From: Octopus sinensis
Lineage: Eukaryota
Length of the DNA stretch: 64,000 bases
NCBI RefSeq assembly: GCF_006345805.1
Contig: NC_043005.1
Location: 5,084,001 to 5,148,000 of the forward strand
Direction: 5' to 3'
Both the position numbers and the translations under genes were made by a program. The notes under the pieces were generated by a model. That model was not told the origin of the DNA, did not search any database, and saw only the letters and a list, made by a program, of their open reading frames with translations. Positions 1 through 12,051 of this stretch are shown in pieces (positions within the stretch are counted from its first letter, which is position 1; each line of letters begins with the position of its first letter).

Positions 1-230
1 GAAGGCTGCATCAGGCCCAGTCTGATCTGGCAGTGTTTCTACGGCTGAATGCCCTTCCTAACGCCAACCACTCCGTGAGTGTAGTGGGTGCTTTTTATGT
101 GCCACCCGCATAGGTGCCAGACGGAGCTGGCAAACAGCCATGGACGGATGGTGCTTTTTACGTGCCACCGGCACGGGGGCCAGGCGAGGCTGGCAACGGT
201 CGCGATCGGATGTTGCTTTTTATGTGCCAC
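1..230 (-). mobile_element. RTE-tail repeat (family C), truncated by window edge
   Basis: Reverse complement of the GCACGTAAAAAGCACCCACTACACTC..GGAAGGGCATCCAGC module seen throughout the window, with internal GGTGCTTTTTA units. Confidence 0.8.
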
Positions 231-654
231 ATAGAAATATTGTTATTTTCTACTATGGTGAGTACTCTTTCTTCTGACTACCACCTCTAAATGGATATAT
301 ATATATAAAATCACACACACACAGCATATATATGTATGTGTATGCAAGCATACACACGTGTATATATGTGTGTATGTATTTGTGTATGAATATATATATA
401 TATGTATGATATATACGTATATAGACATATGTACACACACATAGATTTTAGAAACGACAGTTTAGTGCAACTTAAGCTTTGTAAGTAAACAACTTCTTAC
501 ATAATTCCATGATGTAACATTTCAATTTTAATAACATTGCTAATATTTTAAACGCACTAACTCAACACAGGGTGTGTAATTCCTATTACATTATATCCTG
601 TTTACTGTCAACATGGTCTCTTTTTTGCACTTATTATAATTTATCCTTGTAAGG

Positions 655-1660
655 GTGACAAACTGGCAGGATCATTAGAGCATCTGACAAAACACTTTGC
701 AGTCTTTGTTCTGGCTCTTTATGCTCTGAGTTCAAATCCTGCTGAGATCAGCTTTTAATTTTTTGAGAGTCAATAAATTAAAGTATCAGTCAAGTACTAG
801 GATTAATGGTATCAACTATAAGCACCGAGAAGAATGTTTTGCTGCATATGTTTTGGTTCTTTAGTTTCTGAGTTCAAGTCCCACTGAGGTGACCTTTGCT
901 TTTCATCTCTGCAGGGTTGATAAAATAAAGTACCAGTCAAGTACTGGAATTGATGCTTCCAGCTAACTCTCTTCCCCACAAAAGTTGCTGGCCTTATGCT
1001 TGCATCAGAAACCACTTGGTCAGATTGGCAGAATCATTTGATCATTGGATAAAATGTCTTGTGGAATTTGTTGTGATCCCTAACATTCTGAGTTCAGGTC
1101 TCACTGAGGTTAACCTTGCTATCTCTCCAGAGTTGATGAAATAAAATACCAGTCAAGTACCGGAAGTGATGGTATTGACAAACACCTTCCCACCAAATTT
1201 CAGGTTATGTGCCTCTACAAGAGACAATTATTATTATTATTTTTATTATCATTGAGAGTAAAATGATAAGCTTGCAAAATCTTTTGGGCATCATCTTCAA
1301 AGCAATATTTCTTCTGACTTGTGTTGTGAGTTCAACTTTTGCTGAGGTCAATTTTGCTTTTCATCCTTCAGGCTCAATAAAATATAGTACCAGTTAAGTA
1401 CTTAGTCTATGTAATCAACTGACCCTTTCATCTCAAGATTGGTGGCTTTGTGCCACAATTTGAAACCATCATTACTATTGAATATGGTGGATTGGCTGGC
1501 TTGGCATAGTGTTGAACAAAATTCCTTATGATATTTACTTACACCACTTTACATTCTGAGTTCAAGTCTCACCTTGGTCAACTTTACTTTCCATCCTTCT
1601 GGAGTCAATAACAGTACTTGGGTTGATATAATCAACTACTCCTCCTTGCAAAAATTTCTC
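655..1660 (+). mobile_element. Head-to-tail cluster of about 5 old tRNA-derived SINEs (family B)
   Basis: Repeated TCTGAGTTCAA (B-box-like)...TTTCATCC...TAAAGTACCAGTCAAGTACT modules every ~170-240 bp; homologous to the young copy at 59123. Confidence 0.8.
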
Positions 1661-1706
1661 ACTGTTTATATCTAACTGCACCAACACACACACACACACA
1701 CACAAG

Positions 1707-4068
1707 GTCAGTCATGAAAATTACTGAGAGGGTTATAGCTCAATTGATTGGAAATAGAATTAAACTAGAAGAGATGCAGTTTGATTGTGTACCTGGGAAG
1801 AGTACCACAGGTGCCATCTTCCTAGTGAGACAGTTACAGGAAAAGTACTTGGCCAAAAAGTAAACCATTGTTCTTAGCCTTCATCTACCTAGAGAAAGCT
1901 TTTGACAGAGTTCCTTGCTATGTTATATGGTGGTCTCTAAGCAAGTTAGGAGTAGAGGAGTGGCTTGTTAGAGCTGTACAAGCCATGTACAGTGGTGCTG
2001 TCAGTGATGTGAGAGTTGGCCATGAATACAGGGCTCAGTTCTCAGTTCACTCTTATTTATAATAGTCCTCCAGACCACAACAGAGGATTTCAAAACTGGG
2101 TGCCCGTGGGAACTACTATATGCTGATGACCTTGCTCTTATTGCAGAATCTTTATCAGAATTGGAGAAGAAATTCCAGGTATGGAAACAAAACCTGGAAT
2201 CAAAAGGCCTTAAAGTTAACCTAGCTAAGACAAAAGTGGTTGTTAGTAAGAAAGAAGATTAAACTTTCTTTCTGTCAGGTAAATAGCCTTGCTCCACATG
2301 TAGGAAAGGAATTGGAAGAAATTGCATTCGCTGCACCCAGTGTAAACTATGGACACATAAGAGGTGTAGTGGTATCACAGATGTGCAGTAACAATAAGCA
2401 GTAAGGGCACACGGGAATTAGATTTTCTCAAATACCCAGGAGGCTCTCTTGAGGTTGTAGATAGTTTCTGTTACCTAGGTGACCAAATTAGCAATAGTGG
2501 AAGATGCTCTGAAAGTATTGTTTCAAGAATAAGAATTTGGTGGAGGAAGTTCAGAGAGCTATTACCTCTGTTGGCAACAAAAGGACTCTCTCTCAGAGTG
2601 AAAGGTAGACTATATGATGCTTGTGTACGAACGGCTATACTCCACAGTAGTGTGACATGGACTCTGAATGTGTAGACTGGAGAGAAATGAAGGTAGTATG
2701 CTCTGCTGGATGTGCAACATCAGTGCGTATGTATAACAAAGTGCAAATGTATTGAGAGAAAAGTTGAGCATAAGAGGAATCAAATGTAGCATGCAAGAGA
2801 GAAGACTGTGTTGGTTTGGACATGTGATGCGTATGAATGAGGACAGCTGCATAAAGAAGTGCCAATCACTGAAAGTAGATGGTACCCGCGAAAGAGGGAG
2901 ACCCAGGAAGACATGGGATGAAGTGGTAAGGACCAATCTCAGGAAGTTGGGCCTCTGAAAACTTCTCACACACTCTGCCACAACAAACCAAACTACATCT
3001 CAACATCTCTTCCTCACATTTCTGCTTCATGTACTATGATTACCTCCCACTCACCAATCCTGTCCCCTTGGCCCTGTGCCACTGTATCATTGCTCTCGAC
3101 CAGTGCATTTTACCCACATGTCTTGTTTCATTCTATTATTGCTATCTGCTAGCCCCTGATCTGCGTGTTCCACCCACATGTAACAAGAAAATTCTTCCCC
3201 TCACCCTACCCCAATAAACCAATCTACATCTCATTCTCACATTTCCTCCTTCATACACTATGCCTAGCTCTCACTTCCCAATCCTGTCTTCACACCCCTG
3301 TTCCTCTATCATTGCTATCCAGTAGCCCCTCTAACTCTATATATACCCAGGTCTTTCACCACTTACTCGCACTCTTTAATCACACTCCCTTCACAATATC
3401 CTGTCACTTACATTATGGCATTTCAACCTCAAGTGTAAGCCCTGGCACTTGCCACCATCTCTCTCTCTCTCTTCCTTTACTAAACCATCTCATTTATATT
3501 CTCATCCCCGTTCCTTGTGAGTATGCCTGGCATTTTGCCACCATCTCTGTTCTGCTGCCTCCCACTCTCTCTCCTTATCCTGAACTTCCCTCAAGTTGGA
3601 TAACCATGTATTTTCTTTGTGCCTTCATTCTGTCTTCATTCCTGATCTTTCTCTCTCCAGCTGGGTAATCTTGAACTTCCTGTACAGCAAGACACCTCTA
3701 TCTGTCTCACAAGAACCTTTTCGTCATCACCTCCATTTTTTTTAATGTTTTGCAAGTACTTGGTGACGCTGTGAGTGCAGGTGCACTTAAAAAGCACCCA
3801 GTCCACACTGTAAAGTGGTTGGTGTTTGGAAAGGTATCCAGCTGTAAAAACCTTGTCAAAAATGACCTCGCCTGTGCTTGTGCCACATAAAAAGCACTAA
3901 GTCCACTTTGCTGAGTGGTTGGTGTTAAGAAGGGCATCCAGCTGTAAAAATCCTGCCAAAACAGTCACAGAAGTCTGGTGCAGGCTTCGGCCTGGCCAGC
4001 TCTTGTGATACTGTTCCACCCATACTAGCATGGAAGACAGACATTAAACAATGTTGATGATAATGATA
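1707..4068 (+). mobile_element. 5'-truncated RTE-clade LINE: RT pseudo-ORF plus 3' UTR ending in (GAT)n
   Basis: LAFIYLEKAFDRVP (1868+), CPWELLYADDLALIAE (2101-2148), Cys-rich CSTCRKGIGRNCIRCTQCKLWTHKRC (2290-2367), RRLCWFGHVMRM..RGRPRKTWDEVV (to 2958); stops and frameshifts; family-C tail at 3780-4068. Confidence 0.9.
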
Positions 4069-5291
4069 TATGATGGTTTCCATCTACCAAATCCACTTGC
4101 AAGGCTTTGATCAGCTAGAGGCCAAAGACACTTGCCCAAAGTGCCATACAGTAGAACTAACCTGGAACCATGTGGTTGGGAAACAAACTTCTTACCACAC
4201 AGCCACACCTATCCACATACACACACACATGCACACACACACACATATTTATATATGACTCCTACACGTTTATGTACATCCTTTTTAGTGCACTTAGTGC
4301 ATTTATATAAATGTGTTTACAAAATGTCAAATGATACTGTGATAAATATGTTTTTGAATTGAAACTTCTACACTAGCGAGTGCTCAACATATTCAGCTAT
4401 ACCTGCACATACTATATACAGTAGTATTTATATTATTTGTATTGCTCTACTACTCAGTACTATGGATATATAGGGAGAGAGAGAGTGAAAAATTGAACAG
4501 AATAACAAAGGAACACATGGAAAAATCACACGAAACACAGACATGCTCATCTCATCAGTTATCGACCAAAAATCATCACAATTTTGAGCCATTATTGAGA
4601 ATGCTTGACAACTGGTATTGGTGTATTTGCATCCCTGTAAGTTCGCAGTTTGGCAAAAGAGTCCAATAGAATAAGTGTCAGGCTTGGAAAAGAAGAAAAA
4701 ATAAGTACTTGGGTTGATTCATTTGACTAAAAGTTCTTCAATGCAGTGCTCCAGCATGACCATAGTCTAATGGCTGAAACAAATAAAAGCTAATAGATCA
4801 AACTAGTTTCTTTTGTGCCATAAACCATTTACCATTTTTGGTCATGCCCCCTTCCATTTGGTGCCCAAAGCATGTGCTTATTTTGCTTAACAGTTGATCC
4901 AGTGCTGTCTGCACTGCTTATAGTTCTCTACACTACATTACACTAGAGCAAGCATGGATAACCTTCACCGTTTATGAGCCTCATGTAGTCCTTTACATCT
5001 TTTTGTATAGCACATGTAATGAAATATTATAATAATATTATATAAACATAATTTATAACTAAAACTTTGTAACTTAATATTTAGTTCCGTCTCTGTTAAG
5101 TCGAACAATGTTATTTGTTTCTTTCTTTCATTCCCTTATGATTTCTCTCTCAAGCAAATTTTTATGATTTGCTTGGTGTATGATATTATATAATGAATAA
5201 ACACTGAGCGGTCTTTGGTTTGAGGTGCATATATCTGTAGGGCTGTTAATGAAACCAAAACAATCTGGAACAATATGAAAATAGACTTGGT

Positions 5292-5690
5292 AGGCGTAGG
5301 AGTGGCTGTGTGGTAAGTAGCTTGCTTACCAACCACATGGTTCCGGGTTCAATCCCACTGCGTGGCACCTTGGGCAAGTGTCTTCTACTATAGCCACAGG
5401 ATGACCAAAGCCTTGTGAGTGGATTTAATAGATAGAAACTGAAAGAAGCCCGTCGTATATATATGTATGTGTGTGCATATATGTTTGTGTGTCTGTATTT
5501 GTCCCCCCAACATTGCTTGACAACCGATGCTGGTGTGTTTACGTCCCTGTAACTTAGCGATTCAGGTAAAAGAGACCGATAGAATAAGTACTAGGCTTAC
5601 AAAGAATAAGTCCTGGGGTCGATTTGCTCGACTAAAGGCAGTGCTCTAGCATGGCCACATTCAAATGACTGAAACAAGTAAAAGAGAAAG
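5292..5690 (+). mobile_element. Full-length tRNA-derived CORE-like SINE (family A)
   Basis: A-box TGGCTGTGTGG, B-box GGTTCAATCC, CACCTTGGGCAAGTG core, internal (TG/TA)n, tail TGACTGAAACAAGTAAAAGAG. Confidence 0.9.
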
Positions 5691-5829
5691 AGAGGATATC
5701 TCGAGTAAGCAGAACAAATATGTAAAGGTTTAAAAGTCACTTATTAAATGTCATTATTATAGATTTCTCTTTTTAATTGCTGAACAATCAAATTTTTTGA
5801 AGTTATGCTAGCATCATGAAAAAGGAAAC

Positions 5830-6035
5830 ACACAGGTTTCAAATTTTGACACAACACCAGCAATTTCAAGGGAAGGATGGAAGTCAATAACCCCCCCCCC
5901 CCGTGCTTAAATAGTACTTATTTTATCAACCCCAAAAGGACAAAAGGTCAAGTCAACTTCAGTGGAATGTGAACTCAGAAGAAACACTGCTAACCATTGT
6001 ACCTGGCATGCTAACAATTTTTCCAGCTTGCCACC
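5830..6035 (-). mobile_element. SINE family B, degraded
   Basis: Reverse complement of the family B module (GTACTTATTTTATC..GAACTCAGA..CCAGCTTGCC). Confidence 0.7.
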
Positions 6036-6507
6036 TTACACATGCACACACATAGATATATATATATTGACAGCATATAATGTACTGTTATTAGATATGA
6101 TGTTTGTTGAATTATTATTTTAGTATAGCACCAACATATGATACTTTATGCATATGCACTATTCACTGCCAAGATACTGAGATAAATGTACTGTATTAAA
6201 AACAATATTTATCAGAGGAAGACGAAAAAGTGGCTGGCAAGAATGCCTGATGCATTTAAACCTTCTTTGGCCTTGTCAATGGCATGCACATGTAGGTACA
6301 TAGCTAGCCAAGATTTGCCATTTCTGATATATAGGAAACAATGAATAATATGTTCACTGATATTGCGAATAATGATTCTTTCCAATGTCAACTTTCATCC
6401 CTTTGAAGTTTTGGAATCAATATACTGAATAATTTTCTCTCTACCAAAATTGCTGGCCTTGTGTCTAAAACAAAAACCATTATTATTGTTGTTATTGTTG
6501 TTGTTAA

Positions 6508-6717
6508 GGCAGTGACCAGGCAGAATTATTAGCCTGCTGGGCACAATGCTGCTAAGCATTTTGCACATTTTTAAACACTGAGTTCAAATTCTGCCAAGGT
6601 TGACTTTGCTATTCATCCTTTTGTGGTCTATAAAATAACTACCAGCTTAAATACCTAGGTCAATGTAATCAACCTACTCGTCCCCCAAAATTTCAGACTG
6701 TGCCTTTAGTAGAAAGG

Positions 6718-6788
<71 letters not shown>
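6508..6788 (+). mobile_element. SINE family B with long (ATT)n tail
   Basis: CTGAGTTCAAATTCTGCCAAGGTTGACTTTGCTATTCATCC; (ATT)n at ~6718-6788. Confidence 0.8.
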
Positions 6789-6790
<2 letters not shown>

Positions 6791-7292
6791 GTTTGACTTT
6801 TGCTTTACATTTGCACAAGCTGGCTCCAAGTTCCACCCAGAGACCTCAAGAGACAACAAGTTGGAAGTTCATGTTGGTGTTATGCCTAGGGTGCCATATA
6901 TTTGGTTTTGTACTTAGTGTCGTACTAGTGAATGCCTAAAAAAACCATACGAAAATTATGTTTGTTTTAAAACTTGAGATTACATAGAAAGTATTTTGCA
7001 TAGGATATGAGCAGTTCCCATGAGCACTATCTTTTGAATTTCTGCCATTTTGAGGTTTCCTGGTATCTGAGTTAGGTAGCAATCAGCCCTTTTTGCTATC
7101 ATTCCCAGGGTACCTATGACAACAGGTATTGTTTTAGTCTTCAGGTTCCACATTTTGCTGATTTCTATTTCCAGATCTTTATATTTGCTCAGTTTCTGGT
7201 AGGTCTTGACAGATACGTTTATATCGATTGGGACAGTCATATCAATGAGGAGGCATGTTTTTTGTCTGAAGTCTTTTACTATAATGTCTTTT
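6789..7292 (-). mobile_element. 3' fragment of RLE-clade non-LTR retrotransposon (R4/Dong-like)
   Basis: DIIVKDFRQKTCLLIDMTVP..KLSKYKDLEIEISKMWNLKTKTIPVVIGTLG..IQKIVLMGTAHIL, a restriction-like endonuclease C-terminus; (ATT/TAA)n on both sides. Confidence 0.85.
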
Positions 7293-7297
7293 TTACT

Positions 7298-7339
<42 letters not shown>

Positions 7340-7555
7340 AGAAGGTGGTCAGCTGGAACAATTGTTTGAGCATCAGAAAAATTGCACTGCCATATTTTTA
7401 TTCTGACTCCATATGCTCTAAGTTCAAATTCTGCAGAGGTCAAATTTGCCTTTTATCCTTACAGGATTGATAAAACAAAGTATCAGTCATGTATTGGTAT
7501 CATCAACTCCTCCTCCTCCTCCCCCCTTCAAAGCTGCTGGTCTTGTGTCTGAATG
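7340..7555 (+). mobile_element. SINE family B, degraded
   Basis: AAGTTCAAATTCTGCAGAGGTCAAATTTGCCTTTTATCC..AAGTATCAGTC. Confidence 0.7.
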
Positions 7556-7905
7556 AGAAACTGTCCTGTCACCAGTTCTCACCTGTTTCAAAGCAAAGTA
7601 ATATTCTCCATGACCAGAGAAGTATTGAAATGAAGGATACTGCTTTCATGTCAGTGATATATCATGGACTGTTAGAAGCTTACAAACGTCCTGCACTTAG
7701 ATCCTTGGATTTTACAATTACATATCAATAATATATATATATGTGTGTGTGTATCTGTAAACTATGAATTAGGGTATCTGAGAGATACCACCATGCTGAA
7801 ATAGCAGTCAAAACCCTGACCCTAAAACCACCTTAAATGTTCATATTGCGCCATGAGAGAAGGCAGAAAGGCAAAATAAACTAGCAAAAAAGATTTTACT
7901 GGATA

Positions 7906-7964
7906 ATTCAAGATCCTGGATTTCTGGCTTTGCTTCAGAGAAGCTCTGCCTTCTTCAGTTGAAT
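7906..7964 (-). ncRNA. Type I hammerhead ribozyme motif (Penelope-associated architecture)
   Basis: Minus strand: ATTCAA-CTGAAGA-AGGCagaGCTTCtctGAAGCaaaGCCA-GAAA-TCCaGGA-TC-TTGAAT; stem I 6 bp, intact CUGANGA and GAAA, palindromic stem III, AUC cleavage triplet. Confidence 0.75.
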
Positions 7965-8629
7965 ATACCAGACAAGCATATAAATACAGATACATATATA
8001 CACAAAACATACGTTATACTTACATACACGAACGCCCCCACATACATATATATGCACGCATGTACAACACCAGCCTAAATGGCCCGCCAAACATCTCCAA
8101 GCACGATATGGTCATATGTATATATGGTAGGCTTCTTTTAGTGTCCATTTAACATGTCCATTCACAAGCCTTTAGATGATCTAGACTATTGTATAAGAGA
8201 CACTTGCTCAAGGTGGCACACAGTGGGACTAAACTTGAGACCATGTGGTTCAGAGGCGAACTTCTTACCACATAGCCATACCTGTGCCTAACCATGCCTG
8301 AACCACGAAAAGAAAATTAGGCTACTGTAACTTTATAAGTATGCAACTTATTTTAAATTATTGCTTTGGTCTTGAGGATTAATTTTCTTCACATGTTGGT
8401 TCTTTTTTAGAGACTTCCTTAGGAGGTGGTTTCAAATTTCACTACGGTCGAAATTTTGCCTTGTGGATGAGGGGTTCCCACCCTTGGTTCCCAACCTCTC
8501 TAAGTTAATTGTGATATCTGTTTGAACAATTATTATGGTGCCTTTTTTGTCTTAAAGAAGAGTGAAAGAACAGCTTTGGTCATGAGAACTGTACCATATC
8601 TTGGAAATGTTAAGTGAAGTGTTACAGGT

Positions 8630-8833
8630 TGTGTGTGTATGTATAAGGGTGTGTACATGTGTATATATGCAAATAAGTGTGTATACATACATATATATAT
8701 ATAGTATCTATGTGTGCATATATATATAAAATAATTAAATATATGTATATGCATACATATGTATGTATATATATGTGTGTGTGTCTGTGTGTGCATGTGT
8801 GTATTGATATGAATATATTAGATATATGCATGC

Positions 8834-8868
<35 letters not shown>

Positions 8869-8927
8869 CGTATAAACATACATGTATATACATATATGCA
8901 TATATACACACACATACATGTATATAT

Positions 8928-8992
<65 letters not shown>

Positions 8993-9025
8993 TGTATATA
9001 CATATGTACATACATACATATATGT
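8630..9025. repeat. Compound (TA)n/(TG)n/(TACA)n microsatellite
   Basis: Direct reading. Confidence 0.95.
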
Positions 9026-9539
9026 TCCCAAAGAGAACCAACCATGTCTCCCTTTAATGATACGCAACTCATTCAAAGAACCGTCCCAGTTGGATAAATT
9101 TTGTTTTCTTTCCTTATGTCTTTGAATGTTTCCCATCGCAACAAGGCTTCACATACACATGTTCTTCATCAGCAGAAAACAGTTGGGCTGTCTAAGCAAT
9201 TTCCTGACATATGACTGTCTTAGTATTTAACGTAGCAAACAGTATGTTTGTTAGCTGTCTCCCAATACAAATTATAAAATGCCTTTGAATATTTGACACT
9301 GTCTCAGATCACATCTAACAAATTGTATTTTATGGTGTCATGATATCATGTAAAAAAAATTGAAAAAGGTGTGAATTACAGGAAAAATGTTCTTGCTAGA
9401 ACACCTGTCAGAAATATTCTGTGAATTGTGCTAAACACCGTTTGGAAATGTTTTTGTCTTCAAACAACAATCTCAGATTCTCAAATGCTATTGTTCATTG
9501 GATGATTTGAGATGTAGTGGAAGCATTTCATATTGATAA

Positions 9540-10375
9540 ATAATAATAATAATAATGATAATAATAAAATGTCTGTTGTCCATGCTGGCATGGGTTGGAC
9601 AGTTTGACCAGGGCAGGTAAGCTGAGGGGCTACACAGACACCAGCATGATCTGGCATTGTTTCTATGTTTGGATGTCCTTCCTAATGCCAACTACTTGGA
9701 GAGTGTAATGTGCCACCAGCATGATTGTTAGTTGCTAGTACCAGTATCACTTGGCTTGATGGGTATTCTTCTCGAGTATGCATGTTGCTGAAGGTCCCAG
9801 TCATTTATCATTGCCTCCATGAGGCCCAGCAATCGAAAGGTGCTTTTTATGTGCCACTGGGATGGGTGTTAGATATGCGACACCGGCATCGGCTACATTG
9901 CCTTTGTGAGGCCCAATGCTTGAAAGGTGCTGGTTATGTACCAATTACATGACACTCGTATTAGCCGTGATGATTTCATCTGGCTTGACGGGTCCTCTCA
10001 AGTATGGCATATCATCAAAGGTCTTGGTCACTAGTCATTGCCTCCATGAAGCCCAACATTTGAAGATCATGCTTCACCACTTTGTCCCATGTCTTCCTGA
10101 ATCTACCTCTTCCACATGTTCCCTCTACAGTTCTTTACACAACTGTCCTCGTCCATAAGCATCACATGACCATATCAATGCAGCTGTCTCTCTTGCACAT
10201 CACATCTGATGCCTCTTATGCCTAACTTTTCTCTCAAGACACACTCTGTTGTACATGCAAACTAACTTTGTACATCCAGCGAAGCATGCTAGCTTCATTT
10301 CTTTTAAGCCTACGCATGTCCTCAGTGGTTACAGCCCATGTTTTGCTGCCAGGTAGCATAGCTATTTGCACACAA
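9540..10375 (-). mobile_element. RTE LINE 3' fragment (ORF end plus 3' UTR)
   Basis: Minus strand encodes VEGTCGRGRFRKTWDKVVK near 10070-10135; family-C tail at 9570-9720. Confidence 0.8.
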
Positions 10376-10662
10376 CCATCATCCTTTTAACATCCACTTG
10401 TCCATGCTTTTATGGGTCAGATGAAATTTGTGGAGGCAGATTTTCTATGGCTAGATGCCCTTGTTATTACCAACCCTCATCTGTTTCTAAGGAAGGGTAT
10501 ATTTCCTGTCGCCACACATATTTTCCACAGAATACTGGAACATACAACATTACTTGTATGATGGTGATGTTTGTTAAAAATCATCATGCATATGAACATA
10601 CATATGCATATCCATATTATATGTATAACTTAGTGTGCTTCTGTTTTCAGAATATATATGGA

Positions 10663-10704
<42 letters not shown>

Positions 10705-10708
<4 letters not shown>

Positions 10709-11320
10709 TCATCATCATCATCATCATTCTTTAATGTCCGTTTTTCATGCTGGCATGACAGTTTGACTGAGTTCTGGAGAGTCAGCGACTGCACCAGGCT
10801 CCAGTCTGATCAGGCAATGTTTCTACTGCTGGATGCCCTTCCTAACACCAACCACTCCAAGAGTGTAGTGGGTCCTTTTGTGTGCCACCAGCACAGAAGC
10901 CAGTCAGGCAGGCCTGGCATTGATTTCGTTTGGATGGTGCTTTTTACATGCCACCGACACAGGAGTCAATCGGGGTACTGGCATCGGCCATGTTCGGATG
11001 GTGCTTTTTACATGCCACAGGCACGGAGACCAGTCAGGCTGTCCTGGCATCGATCACATTCGGATAGTGCTTTTTACATTCCACAGGCACGGGGACCAGT
11101 CAGGCTGTCCTGGCATCGATCACATTTGGATAGTGCTTTTTACATGTCACTGGCACAGGAGCCAGTCAGGGGGTACTGGCATCGGCCACGCTTGGATGGT
11201 CCTTTTTACATGCCACCAGCACAGGAGCTAGTCAGGGGGTACAGGCATTGGCCACATTTGGATGGTGCTTTTTACGTACCACCAGTATGGAGGCCAGTCA
11301 GGCGGTCCTGGCATCGACCA
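10705..11320 (-). mobile_element. RTE-tail repeat with expanded ~61-bp internal minisatellite
   Basis: (TCA)n tail at 10705-10727; 7-8 units with GTGCTTTTTACATGCCAC core between 10870 and 11320. Confidence 0.85.
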
Positions 11321-11367
11321 CACACACACACACCACACACACACACATATATATATATATTATATAT

Positions 11368-11400
<33 letters not shown>

Positions 11401-11401
<1 letters not shown>

Positions 11402-11570
11402 AGCATCCACTACACTCACGGAGTTGTTGGCATTAGGAAGGGCATCCAGCCGTAGAAACATTGCCAGATCAGACTGGGCCTGGTGCAGCCTTCTGGCTTC
11501 CCAGACCCCAGTTGAACCGTCCAACCCATGCTAGCATGGAAAGCGGACGCTAAGCGATGATGATGATGAT
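11401..11570 (+). mobile_element. RTE-tail repeat (family C)
   Basis: CACTACACTCACGGAG..GGAAGGGCATCCAGCCGTAG..CATGCTAGCATGGAAAGCGGACG + (GAT)n. Confidence 0.9.
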
Positions 11571-12011
11571 ATATATGATATAGTTATATCTGCATCTGTA
11601 GGGAGCTTTGTCTCCATTGTCAGCTTACTTAGATAGTGCTTTTGTGGCGAATGAGTTGTTTTGACTCTTATTTCTAGCAATGCTGGTACCACTTTGTACC
11701 CTCTGTTACTTTAGTGATGTCTATAAATTTGCCTTTAAGTTGTTAAATTGCTAATAAGCCACCTACATTATTTATATATATATATATATATATATATTTG
11801 TAGATGACAGGCTACATTTAGTTTCCATCTACCAAATCCACTGCCAAGCCTTTGGTCACCCTGGGCCTATAGTAGAAGGCACTTGCCCAAAGTACCATGC
11901 AGTGGGACTGAACCTGATACCACATGGTTGGGAAGTAAACTTCTCAAACACGCCCACACCTACATGCATGTGTGTTTGTGTGCATAATGTATGAGTATGT
12001 ATACATGTATG

Positions 12012-12051
<40 letters not shown>

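Noticed and set aside
5292-5362. tRNA gene-like A and B boxes
   Set aside because: SINE head continuing into core and tail; no full cloverleaf or terminator
8533-9136. Overlapping YI/HT/CV-rich ORFs (also near 35, 47, 52 and 62 kb)
   Set aside because: Artefacts of stop-free dinucleotide microsatellites
10866-11320. CRISPR-like repeat/spacer look and the 265-aa ORF 10658-11455
   Set aside because: Spacers are homologous to each other, context is a eukaryotic RTE 3' UTR, no cas genes; the ORF runs through microsatellites
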